Positions 7,430 to 15,643 of a stretch of 64,000 bases of DNA are shown here, in pieces. Under the pieces are notes generated by a model, which ran no database searches, was not told where the DNA came from, and was given only the letters and a program-made list of their open reading frames with translations. The DNA is taken from assembly GCA_017456005.1 (NCBI GenBank), contig JAFTLJ010000065.1, positions 3,962-67,961 on the forward strand, read 5' to 3'. The position numbers and the translations under genes are program-made. This stretch comes from Clostridia bacterium. Its GTDB lineage: Bacteria; Bacillota; Clostridia; Oscillospirales; CAG-272. The first letter of the stretch is position 1. Each line of letters opens with the position of its first letter.

Positions 7430-9934
7430 TTATACTTCTACGGTATATTCGCCCGCTGTAAATTCGCGCGCGCTATCGCCTATATAGAGCGTGCCAACAG
7501 TACCCGAAGGAACCGTGAGGCTCACAAGCGTTTTGCCGTCTTTCTTCTCGAATCCGCAAGCCGCCTTGCCGTACGGTGTGTTCACGCTCGCATATGCGTG
7601 CGTAAGCTCCGTATAGACTGCGGGGCGGAAATCTATTCTTTCGTATCCCGGCGCGGCGGCGGAAATGCCGCCAACGTATTTGTGGAAGAAGGCAGAAACA
7701 GAAGAAAACATATGCTGGTTGCGCGAACCGCCGCCGTTCCAACATTCAAAGAGCGTGGTGGCACCCATATCGAGCCAAACCTTCATGCTGGGATAAGTGG
7801 GGTTGGTCAGCATTTTTATAACAAGGTCTGCCCTGCCGTATCTGCCGAGCGTTTCCACCACGGCTTTGCAGCCGAGTATGCCGAAATCGGGGTGGTAGCC
7901 CTCGCGCGCTACCTGCTCTGCCAGCTTTTCCACAAGGTGGGGGATTTCTTCCTCGTTTGCAAGCCCGTGGTAAACCATCATCGCCGTAGCGCTCTGGCAA
8001 TCGCCGTAAACGGTATATGTTTCGGCATCGAAGAATTTTTCCCTGAAAGCCTCTTTTATCTTGCCTGCCAGCGCCGCGTATTTTTCCATATCTCCGTCAA
8101 AACCGAAGATATCGGCATATTTTTCTGCCATTTTTGCGGCACTGTGGAAAAATGCGGTGTCGCTTACCGCGAGCGGACATTTATAGGATTCCATATTTAC
8201 GCTTATCGCAGGGCCGTCGAAAGGTGCACACCAGTCGCCAAGCCCGTATTCTGCAATATAATCGTGCGCCATAGAGTTTATATATGAAACGTGTGCGCAA
8301 AGCGCCTTGTAGTTCTCAAACAAGACCTCTGCATCGCCGTATTCCGTGTATATATTCCACGGCACGTCCACCATGGGGTGCGACCAATCGGGGCCGTTAA
8401 GGTTGCCGCAATAGCCCCACCCCGCAGAGGGTACTATGCACGGAAGGCAACCGCCCGGGCGCATAGAATCGCGCAGGTCCTTATGCCATTTGCGCATAAG
8501 GTTTTCGGCATTGTAATTTATGAGCAGCTGCTCTGCGGAAAGGCCTGTGTCGCCCGTCCAAGAGCTTTTTTCGCGCACGGCGTCTGCCGAAAGCGTGTGC
8601 ATACAGCAAGAACGCGTGGAAGCGTGGCAAAGCGCCTCTATTTTGTTCACAGTTTCGTCGGAGCAAGTAAACTCTGCGCGCTTGGAAAAATCGTTGCAGA
8701 GCGCCCACGCCTCTATATCGCAAAGCTCGGGGCATTCGCCGCCCGAAACCTCTATATATTGAAAACCGTGGTATGTGAAAATAGCGTGGTACGTTTCCGG
8801 TTCATCGCTTCTCTTGGTGTATACCTCCGTCTGGAAGCAATAGTTGCGTATAAAGCAAGCGAGCGATTCCTGGTCCAGCTCGCCGTCGTCGCAAAGTCTG
8901 TCGCAATAGCGCACGGTGTAGCGCGCGCCGGCTTTGCCGCGGAACGTGATATTCGCCACGCCGGCAATATTCTGCGAAAGCTCATAGAGGTATCCGTTAC
9001 GTACCTTGCGGCAGAGCACGGGTCTGTATTTTGCGATTACGCGAATGGGCTCCATCTCCATAAGCGAAAGCGCGGCACCGGGGTTGCGCGTGTAGCGCGC
9101 AGGCTTGCTTTCGCCCGTATAGCCCGGCATATCCCAGCCGTCCTTTTCAAAATTTGCATCATATTCCTCGCCGTGGCGAATACCGTTGAAGCGAATGGGG
9201 CCTTCCACATAGCTCCACGTACCGTCGGAAAGCAGCTTTTCCGTGCCGCTTTCATATTCCATATGCAGCTCCAGCATAAGCTTCGGCACATCGCGCCACG
9301 GCGCTGTATTCGTTTGCCACGGGTCCTCTGTAAAGCAGTTGAAAAAACCGTTGCCCAAAATAACACCTATGGCGTTTTCGCCCTCGGCGAGCATATCCGT
9401 CACGTCAAACGCGCGGTAGAGTATACTCTTGTCGTATGCGGTGAACGGCGTGGAAAGGAAATCGTCGCCCACTTTTTCGCCGTTTATGTGCGCCTCGAAA
9501 TAGCCAAGACCCACCATGTAGAGCACGGCGCGCTTCGGCTTTTTAGCGCGGAATTCGCGGCGCAAATACACTGCGGGCAAAACGGCATCGCGCTTTTTCG
9601 CATCGCCGCCCGTGATGTATTTTGCCTGCCACTCACCGCCCATAAATCCTGTGAAAAAATGTGTTGTTCCCTCGTATGTTTTTCCGTTTTCGCGCACAGA
9701 GGTAACTTTAACATAATATTTCATATGCGGTTTTAACATTGTGTAGTGGCGTATGTTCGCCTGTTCGCGCCTTTTTTCGCTTCTGAACAGCACGATGTTT
9801 TCAAAATCTTTGTCCTCCGCAACAGTTAGCGTATAGCTTTCCTGCGCAGAAAATTCGCCATCGGGCACGCTCCACGAAAATCGCGGATCGCTATCTATAA
9901 ACGGTTCTGCAAGTGAATTTACTTTTATCTGCAT
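7430..9934 (-). CDS. Alpha-L-rhamnosidase (GH78)
   Basis: 834 aa with typical GH78 N-terminal, six-hairpin and C-terminal regions (e.g. 'PDWSHPMVDVPWNIYTEYGDAEVL'). Confidence 0.85.
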   Translation of the reverse strand: MQIKVNSLAEPFIDSDPRFSWSVPDGEFSAQESYTLTVAEDKDFENIVLFRSEKRREQANIRHYTMLKPHMKYYVKVTSVRENGKTYEGTTHFFTGFMGGEWQAKYITGGDAKKRDAVLPAVYLRREFRAKKPKRAVLYMVGLGYFEAHINGEKVGDDFLSTPFTAYDKSILYRAFDVTDMLAEGENAIGVILGNGFFNCFTEDPWQTNTAPWRDVPKLMLELHMEYESGTEKLLSDGTWSYVEGPIRFNGIRHGEEYDANFEKDGWDMPGYTGESKPARYTRNPGAALSLMEMEPIRVIAKYRPVLCRKVRNGYLYELSQNIAGVANITFRGKAGARYTVRYCDRLCDDGELDQESLACFIRNYCFQTEVYTKRSDEPETYHAIFTYHGFQYIEVSGGECPELCDIEAWALCNDFSKRAEFTCSDETVNKIEALCHASTRSCCMHTLSADAVREKSSWTGDTGLSAEQLLINYNAENLMRKWHKDLRDSMRPGGCLPCIVPSAGWGYCGNLNGPDWSHPMVDVPWNIYTEYGDAEVLFENYKALCAHVSYINSMAHDYIAEYGLGDWCAPFDGPAISVNMESYKCPLAVSDTAFFHSAAKMAEKYADIFGFDGDMEKYAALAGKIKEAFREKFFDAETYTVYGDCQSATAMMVYHGLANEEEIPHLVEKLAEQVAREGYHPDFGILGCKAVVETLGRYGRADLVIKMLTNPTYPSMKVWLDMGATTLFECWNGGGSRNQHMFSSVSAFFHKYVGGISAAAPGYERIDFRPAVYTELTHAYASVNTPYGKAACGFEKKDGKTLVSLTVPSGTVGTLYIGDSAREFTAGEYTVEV

Positions 9935-9946
9935 ACTGCCTCTCCT

Positions 9947-10159
9947 CTAACCTATATATTCAAAGCGCGGGAAGACCTTCCCATCGCGCTCTACTGTTTC
10001 GTTCCACATTTTTGCGGGGCGCACCCAAACGCCGCCATCGCCGTACAGCGCACGGTAAACCACCATTTCCTCCAGCGTTTCGCTGTGCTTTGCCACGAAC
10101 AAAACCTCGTATTCCATACCTTTAAAGTGGCGGTAACGTCCTGCTTTAATTTCTGCCAT
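9947..10159 (-). CDS. DUF1653 family protein
   Basis: 70 aa: 'GRYRHFKGMEYEVLFVAKHSETLEEMVVYRALYGDGGVWVRP'. Lies 12 nt upstream of GH78. Confidence 0.75.
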   Translation of the reverse strand: MAEIKAGRYRHFKGMEYEVLFVAKHSETLEEMVVYRALYGDGGVWVRPAKMWNETVERDGKVFPRFEYIG

Positions 10160-10216
10160 AAAAGCACCCCAGTTTTTCTTTTATTTTAACACAAGCACAC
10201 CCAAATGGCAAGCACC

Positions 10217-10245
10217 TTGACAGATTTTCAGCGCCGTGGTAGAAT
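10217..10245 (+). promoter_or_regulatory. Sigma-A-type promoter
   Basis: TTGACA (10217-10222), 17-nt spacer, TGgTAGAAT (10237-10245). Confidence 0.55.
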
Positions 10246-10283
10246 AAAGATGTAAACAGCAAAAATAACAAGGAGAGCTTTCT

Positions 10284-10799
10284 ATGAAAATAATTATAGC
10301 TTCAGATATACACGGCTCGGCATATTGGTGCGCAAAACTGCTGGAAGCATACCGCGCAGAGGGCGCAAAGATGCTCCTTTTGCTCGGTGACGTGCTCTAC
10401 CACGGACCGCGCAATAATTTGCCCGACGAATACGACCCCAAAAAAGTTATAGCTATGCTCAACGAAATGAAAAGCGAAATAATCTGCGTGCGCGGAAACT
10501 GCGACACGGAGGTGGACCAGATGGTGCTGGATTTCCCCATTCTTTCGCAAAACGCAGTTGTCTTTGCCGACGGCGTGAAGATCTACGCCACACACGGGCA
10601 TAAATTCAACAAAGATAACCTGCCCCCCCTATCTGCTGGGGATGTGCTCGCATACGGGCATACACACGTCGCTCTCGACACGTTGGTGGGCGGCGTGCGC
10701 TGCCTCAACCCCGGCTCCGTTTCCATTCCCAAGGAAAACACGGGGCACGGATACATCATTTTTGAAAACGGCGAGTTTACGAGGAAATTGCTTTATTAA
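10284..10799 (+). CDS. YfcE/MJ0936-family metallophosphoesterase
   Basis: 171 aa: 'IIIASDIHGS', 'LLLGDVLYHGPRN', 'VRGNCD', 'ATHGH', 'YGHTH'. Confidence 0.85.
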   Translation: MKIIIASDIHGSAYWCAKLLEAYRAEGAKMLLLLGDVLYHGPRNNLPDEYDPKKVIAMLNEMKSEIICVRGNCDTEVDQMVLDFPILSQNAVVFADGVKIYATHGHKFNKDNLPPLSAGDVLAYGHTHVALDTLVGGVRCLNPGSVSIPKENTGHGYIIFENGEFTRKLLY

Positions 10800-10803
10800 A
10801 CCG

Positions 10804-10832
10804 TTGACACAGCGCTAAAAAAGTGATATTAT
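10804..10832 (+). promoter_or_regulatory. Strong sigma-A-type promoter of the B12-regulated operon
   Basis: TTGACA (10804-10809), 17-nt spacer, TGaTATTAT (10824-10832). Confidence 0.6.
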
Positions 10833-10850
10833 AAATAAAAATGAATATCT

Positions 10851-11075
10851 TGCGGAGCGGTTGTACTTGGTCGGTACATTAAAAAGGAAAGTACGGTGAA
10901 AATCCGTCGCAACAGCCATTGCCGTGATAGAGCGTGTGCTCTTCAGTCGGAATGCTTGCCCCTCCGTCAGTTAGGGTAACGGAAACTATCGGAACACGAT
11001 TTGGGTCGATAAATTCACGCCTGCGGTGTGTCATAGGGCTCAAGAATACGTAAAGTATTCTTTTCTCCCTTTTCC
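10851..11075 (+). promoter_or_regulatory. Cobalamin riboswitch (aptamer about 10851-10968, plus first terminator 11042-11075)
   Basis: 'AAAGGAAAGUACGGUGAAAAUCCGU' core. A degenerate B12-box region 'ACAGCCAUUGCCGUGA'. 'GUCGGAAUGCUUGCC' resembles the consensus GUCAGGAUACCUGCC. P1 pairs GCGGAG (10852-10857) with CUCCGU (10962-10967). Hairpin AAGAATAC/GTATTCTT precedes a T/C-rich tract. Confidence 0.7.
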
Positions 11076-11248
11076 TTCCGCAAACAAGAATTTATTCAAC
11101 CGAAATTCTGCGACCTCCGAGCGATGTATTTGCGAGAAAATTCGGGTGCGGAGGACACAGTAAGGTATTACCTTACAAGGACGACAAACACGAAAGAGCC
11201 GTAAAGACACGCTCCGAGGCGTATTCAGATAGTTTTAGTCACCCTAAC
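10970..11248. repeat. 21-nt inverted-repeat pair bracketing a 237-bp segment of the leader
   Basis: GTTAGGGTAACGGAAACTATC (10970-10990) versus GATAGTTTTAGTCACCCTAAC (11228-11248). 18 of 21 positions are complementary. Confidence 0.5.
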
Positions 11249-11343
11249 GATATATCGGGCACTTTGGGCAAAATGGGAAGTGTCGCCGTTTTAAAAATCC
11301 GCTTTTCGCAAACGCGGTTTGCGCGGTTTTTCAAAAACACTCA

Positions 11344-11381
11344 GGCGATTTTCCACCTCATTGTGGAAAATCGCCTTTTCT
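11344..11381 (+). terminator. Strong intrinsic terminator immediately upstream of the RBS
   Basis: 13-bp stem GGCGATTTTCCAC / GTGGAAAATCGCC, loop CTCATT, then TTTTCT. It lies about 50 nt before ATG 11430. Confidence 0.75.
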
Positions 11382-11429
11382 GATAAAACAGGTATTTGTT
11401 TTAAAAATATTTTTAAAGGAGTGTTTAAA

Positions 11430-12110
11430 ATGAAAAACACAAAAAGAATTATTTCACTCGCGCTCGCGTGCTTGATGCTCGCTCTCTCTGCACTATGCTT
11501 TGCCTCTTGCGGCGAAGCAAAAGGCCCTTTCGTATACGTTACCGTTGCAGATGAAAACGGCGAAATCGTGGCTCGCTATGAAAAAGTGGAGTTTGCCGAT
11601 GGTATGACGGTCGATTCGGCACTTTCCGCTCTCCACGCAGAAAAATGCGAAGGCGGATACGCTTCAGCAGAAAGCGCATATGGGCTTTCTATGACAAAGC
11701 TTTGGGGGATGGAAAACGGTGGCTCCTATGGCTACTACGTAAACAATGCTTCCCCTGCCTCGCTTGCGGATACTCTTACCGAAGGCGACCACGTTTACGC
11801 TTTCGTTTACACAGACACAGAAGCGTTTTCCGATACATATTCCTTCTTTGCATCCCCCGCAGCGGAGGTTGAAGCAGGCGAAAGCCTCGTGCTCACGCTT
11901 TCCTGCGCGGGATATGATGCAAACTGGGCGCCAGTAACGCTCCCCGTTGAAGGCGCAAAAATCAGCGTAGACGGCGCGGCTACAACACATACGACAGATG
12001 CAGAAGGCAAAGCCCTGCTCACGTTCGAGAAAAAGGGAACGTATGTGGTAACAGCGGCACACGAAAGCAAAAACCTGGTTACACCCTTCGTTATCGTAAC
12101 AGTTAAATAA
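11430..12110 (+). CDS. DUF4430-domain lipoprotein (transcobalamin beta-domain-like)
   Basis: Start moved to M38 of the ORF (GGAG SD at 11417-11420). Signal peptide with lipobox 'FASC'. DUF4430-like 'GSYGYYVNN...GDHVYAFVY'. Confidence 0.8.
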   Translation: MKNTKRIISLALACLMLALSALCFASCGEAKGPFVYVTVADENGEIVARYEKVEFADGMTVDSALSALHAEKCEGGYASAESAYGLSMTKLWGMENGGSYGYYVNNASPASLADTLTEGDHVYAFVYTDTEAFSDTYSFFASPAAEVEAGESLVLTLSCAGYDANWAPVTLPVEGAKISVDGAATTHTTDAEGKALLTFEKKGTYVVTAAHESKNLVTPFVIVTVK

Positions 12111-13198
12111 TGAAAAAATTTCTTTCCCTTCTTTTATGCGCCGTGTTCGTATTTGTGTGTGCCCTGCCCTCAGCGGCAAACTATACAGGCGAAGCAGAGG
12201 CAATAATCGCATATAAAGCAGAGCAAAGCGGCGCGAAAAATACGGCGGAATGGGCAGAAAAGCTCGCCCACGGCGCAGGAAACGGCGCGGAGTGGTATGT
12301 GCTGGCACTAAGCGCACTCGGCGCGGAGGCAGATTTCGGCGCATATGCGCAAGCGCTTGCAGATTACCTCGGCAAAAGCACCTTAAACGCCACAAATGCG
12401 CAAAGGTGCGCGCTCGCTTTTCTCGTCGCCGGCATAAGGAGCGCGTATATAGACCAAACCGCGGAAAATACCATCGGCTCTATGGGCATAATGAGCTATA
12501 TCTGGGGCTTGATACTTCTTAACAACGGCGCAAAAAGCACAAAATTCACCCCGGAAGCATTGGCAGAAAAAATAGCGTCTATGCACCTTGCAGACGGCGG
12601 ATTTGCACTTTCCGGTACGGTATCAAACGTTGACGTGACGGCTATGGCGCTCGCCGCCCTCGCGCCTCACCGCCAAAACACGGCGGTAAACGAAGCTGTG
12701 GAAAGCGCACTTACCTTCCTTTCCTCGGCGCAGACAGAGCGCGGCGGTTTTGTAAACTATGGCACGGAAAACTGCGAAAGCGCGGCACAGGTCATAATCG
12801 CGCTCACCGCCCTCGGCATTAACCCCGAAACAGATGCGCGTTTTATAAAAAACGGCAACAGTGCGCTCGATTCTATGCGGAGCTTTGCTCTCGCGGGCGG
12901 CGGATACGCACATACGCAAGGCGGCGCGGAAAGCGATATGGCAAGCGCGCAAGCCCTGCAGGCGTTTGTCGCCATAGAAAGATTTAAAGAAGGCAAAACA
13001 CCGCTTTTTGAGCTTGGCATTCAGCCGGACCGCACCCCCACAGGCTTTCGCGATGTGGGCGACGTACAAAACGAGGCACAAACACCGCCAAAAACCGACA
13101 CAAACAAAATTAAAACCGTCGTTTGCATAGCGGTCATAGCCGCGTGCGCCGTGGGAATAGGCATCGCAGCTCTTTTACCAAAAAAGAAAAAAGATTAG
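12110..13198 (+). CDS. Secreted, C-terminally membrane-anchored prenyltransferase/terpene-cyclase-repeat (alpha/alpha-toroid) protein
   Basis: 362 aa with a TAATG overlap onto the previous gene. It has a signal peptide and repeated 'GGF/GGY...A..AL..AL' toroid repeats. The C-terminus is a TM helix plus 'KKKKD'. Confidence 0.75.
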   Translation: MKKFLSLLLCAVFVFVCALPSAANYTGEAEAIIAYKAEQSGAKNTAEWAEKLAHGAGNGAEWYVLALSALGAEADFGAYAQALADYLGKSTLNATNAQRCALAFLVAGIRSAYIDQTAENTIGSMGIMSYIWGLILLNNGAKSTKFTPEALAEKIASMHLADGGFALSGTVSNVDVTAMALAALAPHRQNTAVNEAVESALTFLSSAQTERGGFVNYGTENCESAAQVIIALTALGINPETDARFIKNGNSALDSMRSFALAGGGYAHTQGGAESDMASAQALQAFVAIERFKEGKTPLFELGIQPDRTPTGFRDVGDVQNEAQTPPKTDTNKIKTVVCIAVIAACAVGIGIAALLPKKKKD

Positions 13199-13200
13199 AG

Positions 13201-13233
13201 AAAAACAGACCGTGAAAACGGTCTGTTTTTTCT
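13201..13233. terminator. Bidirectional terminator, copy 1
   Basis: AAAAACAGACCG-TGAAAA-CGGTCTGTTTTTTCT. Confidence 0.85.
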
Positions 13234-13234
13234 G

Positions 13235-14395
13235 TTATTCTTGTGTTTTTGCCACCCATTCCTGCCAGCGCGGGTCAGCTTTGATTTCCCTTTCAACCTC
13301 ATGGTAAGACGGGTTGCACCAAAAAGGCCAATCGTCCGGCAGGTGTTTTGCGATTTCTTTCGGGTTTCCCGCACGGTATTTCACAAAAGACACCAGCGGA
13401 GCGGTAAGAGTATGCTCCTCTCCGTCGAGCAGGTTTTCGAGCGCTCTTGCGTGCTTCAGCGCTTCATAGAGCGATGCAAATGCATCATCGTGATATCCGC
13501 GTTCCCATTGCAGCCTGGAAAGATAAAGATAAAGTTTTATTAGTATATCGTGGCATTTGCCCATATTGCCGTCATCGCAAATCAAATAAAAGATTGATAT
13601 TGCGCCCTTAACCTTTTCAATGGGCATATCGCTATCATAATTGCGAAGGTTAGCAATCAGCCCGAAAACAAGCTGTTCGGCAAATTCATTTGCAGCTTTC
13701 AAAAGAAATTCGCCTATATATTTCGCGCCTTCTTTGCCGTCTGTACCATCGGCAAGCAAAAATTCCCTGCACTGGCACAGCCCCGGCATTCTATTCGCGT
13801 AAAAAATAGCTTTTTCATATTCACCGAAAGTCCTGTAGAGCGGAACAAGAATGGCAATCGCTCTAGTAAAGACAGTGTTGTCTTTCACATTGTCCACAAG
13901 ACGCTTGCAAATTTTTTCGGTTTCCAACCAATACTCGTTTTTCTTATGGTGGTCGAAATTATATTGGATAAATCCCTCGTCATCATAATAAAGCCATCCG
14001 TGATGTCTTCGCCAGCCAGCCTCCCAAAGTGTTTCCGCAAGGGTAATCAGCAAACGCTCGTTGTTCGGAAATTCCGCGAGGCCTTCGCGCAGTATGGAAA
14101 GACATTCGTCTACCCAACCATCGTTGCCGTCGGTTTTTATTTCAAATGCATCTATTTTCTTAATAATCTCATTGATTTTTCTTTCTCTGTCGTTGTGATA
14201 GCCGAAAAGCTCGTCAATCGTCACACCGAAATAGTTGGCAATCGAAGGCATAATCTCCATATCGGGGTAGCTTCCGCCCGATTCCCAACGTGAAACCGCC
14301 TGGGAAGTAACGCCGAGCGCTTCGGCAAGCGCTTCTTGCGTGCGCCCGTCACGGTGACGGAGTTCACGTATTTTTGTTCCTAAATTAAGTTGCAT
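13235..14395 (-). CDS. XRE-family HTH regulator with a long helical (TPR-like) C-terminal domain
   Basis: Start taken at 'MQLNLGTKIRELR' (GGAGGA SD). HTH 'RTQEALAEALGVTSQAVSRWESG'. Confidence 0.8.
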   Translation of the reverse strand: MQLNLGTKIRELRHRDGRTQEALAEALGVTSQAVSRWESGGSYPDMEIMPSIANYFGVTIDELFGYHNDRERKINEIIKKIDAFEIKTDGNDGWVDECLSILREGLAEFPNNERLLITLAETLWEAGWRRHHGWLYYDDEGFIQYNFDHHKKNEYWLETEKICKRLVDNVKDNTVFTRAIAILVPLYRTFGEYEKAIFYANRMPGLCQCREFLLADGTDGKEGAKYIGEFLLKAANEFAEQLVFGLIANLRNYDSDMPIEKVKGAISIFYLICDDGNMGKCHDILIKLYLYLSRLQWERGYHDDAFASLYEALKHARALENLLDGEEHTLTAPLVSFVKYRAGNPKEIAKHLPDDWPFWCNPSYHEVEREIKADPRWQEWVAKTQE

Positions 14396-14510
14396 ATAAG
14401 TTCCTCCTTGAAAAGATTTTATCACCGGTGTGATTTGATTTTATCATATACGCCACATAAAAACAATTATCAAATAGTTGTTTTAAATTCAACTGTTGGT
14501 TGGATAACGT

Positions 14511-14543
14511 AAAAACAGACCGTTTTCACGGTCTGTTTTTTCT
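14511..14543. terminator. Bidirectional terminator, copy 2 (same stem and tails as copy 1, loop flipped)
   Basis: AAAAACAGACCG-TTTTCA-CGGTCTGTTTTTTCT. Confidence 0.85.
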
Positions 14544-14545
14544 AA

Positions 14546-15532
14546 TCAAAGCAATTCTTTGCGCAGTTCTGCACCTGTTTTGGGCGAGAGATATGCGGGG
14601 GCTACATCGAAAACAGTCTTGCAACCGCTCATACCCTCTTTATTCATACGGTATGCGGCACGCGCATATGCAACGATAACAGATGAGGTAAACTCGGGGT
14701 TGGAATCGAGCTTGAGGCTATATTCTATAATGTGTGTATGTTCGCCTTCAAAGCCTGTTTTACCGCTGCGGATAACAAAGCCGCCGTGGGGAATACCGCC
14801 GTGCTTTTCATTCAGCTCTTCCTGTGAAATAAAGTTCACGGTCGTATCGTAATCTGCGAAATAGTTCGGCATTGTTTTGATTTCTTCTTCGATCTTCGCT
14901 TTGTCTGCACCGTCTTTTGCCACAACGAAGCATTCGCGCGTGTGCTTTTCGCGCGTGGTAAGCTCGGGGTTCGCGCCGCTTCTAACAGCTTCGAGAGCGC
15001 TTTCTACAGGTATGGTGTACTGCTTTGCATCTGCCACACCTTCTATGCGGCGGATTGCGTCGGAATGTCCCTGGCTTACGCCCTTGCCCCAGAAAGTGTA
15101 ATCCTTGCCGTCGGGCAAAATTACTCCCCCGAAAAGGCGATTGAGCGAAAACATACCGGGGTCCCAGCCCACGGAAATAATGCCGACTTTGCCGCTTTCC
15201 TTTGCCACGGCATCAACAGCGGCAAAATGCTCGGGAATTTTTGCGTGTGTATCAAAGCTGTCTATAACGTTAAAGTATTTTGCCAGCGCAGGTGTCTGCA
15301 CGGGAAGGTCTGTGGCGCTGCCACCGCACAAGATCATAACATCAATCTTATCTGCCATTTCGGGCGCTTTGTCTGCGTGGTAAACGGGCACACCCTCTGT
15401 GCGGATCTTCATTGTGGCGGGGTCACGGCGCGTGAAAACGGCAACAAGCTCCATATCGGGGTTCTGGCGGATAGCGCTTTCCACGCCTCTGCCGAGGTTA
15501 CCGTAGCCAAAAATACCTATGCGAATACTCAT
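14546..15532 (-). CDS. ddh: meso-Diaminopimelate D-dehydrogenase
   Basis: Start at 'MSIRIGIFGYGNLGRGVE'. Ddh-like along the full length. Confidence 0.85.
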   Translation of the reverse strand: MSIRIGIFGYGNLGRGVESAIRQNPDMELVAVFTRRDPATMKIRTEGVPVYHADKAPEMADKIDVMILCGGSATDLPVQTPALAKYFNVIDSFDTHAKIPEHFAAVDAVAKESGKVGIISVGWDPGMFSLNRLFGGVILPDGKDYTFWGKGVSQGHSDAIRRIEGVADAKQYTIPVESALEAVRSGANPELTTREKHTRECFVVAKDGADKAKIEEEIKTMPNYFADYDTTVNFISQEELNEKHGGIPHGGFVIRSGKTGFEGEHTHIIEYSLKLDSNPEFTSSVIVAYARAAYRMNKEGMSGCKTVFDVAPAYLSPKTGAELRKELL

Positions 15533-15611
15533 AAAAATCAACCTTCTTTTTATATAAAATAAATACTTTTTTATTCTATCACAAGAAAATGTGTTTTTCA
15601 ATCGGGTATGC

Positions 15612-15640
15612 AAAAAAAATCCGCTTTACGCGGATTTTTT
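15612..15640 (-). terminator. Rho-independent terminator
   Basis: AAAAAAAATCCGC-TTTAC-GCGGATTTTTT. Confidence 0.8.
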
Positions 15641-15643
15641 CTT

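Noticed and set aside
11319-11429. N-terminal 37-aa extension of the DUF4430 ORF
   Set aside because: The extension runs through the strong terminator hairpin (11344-11381) and starts with a non-ATG codon. The internal ATG at 11430 has a GGAG SD and opens directly into a signal peptide and lipobox.
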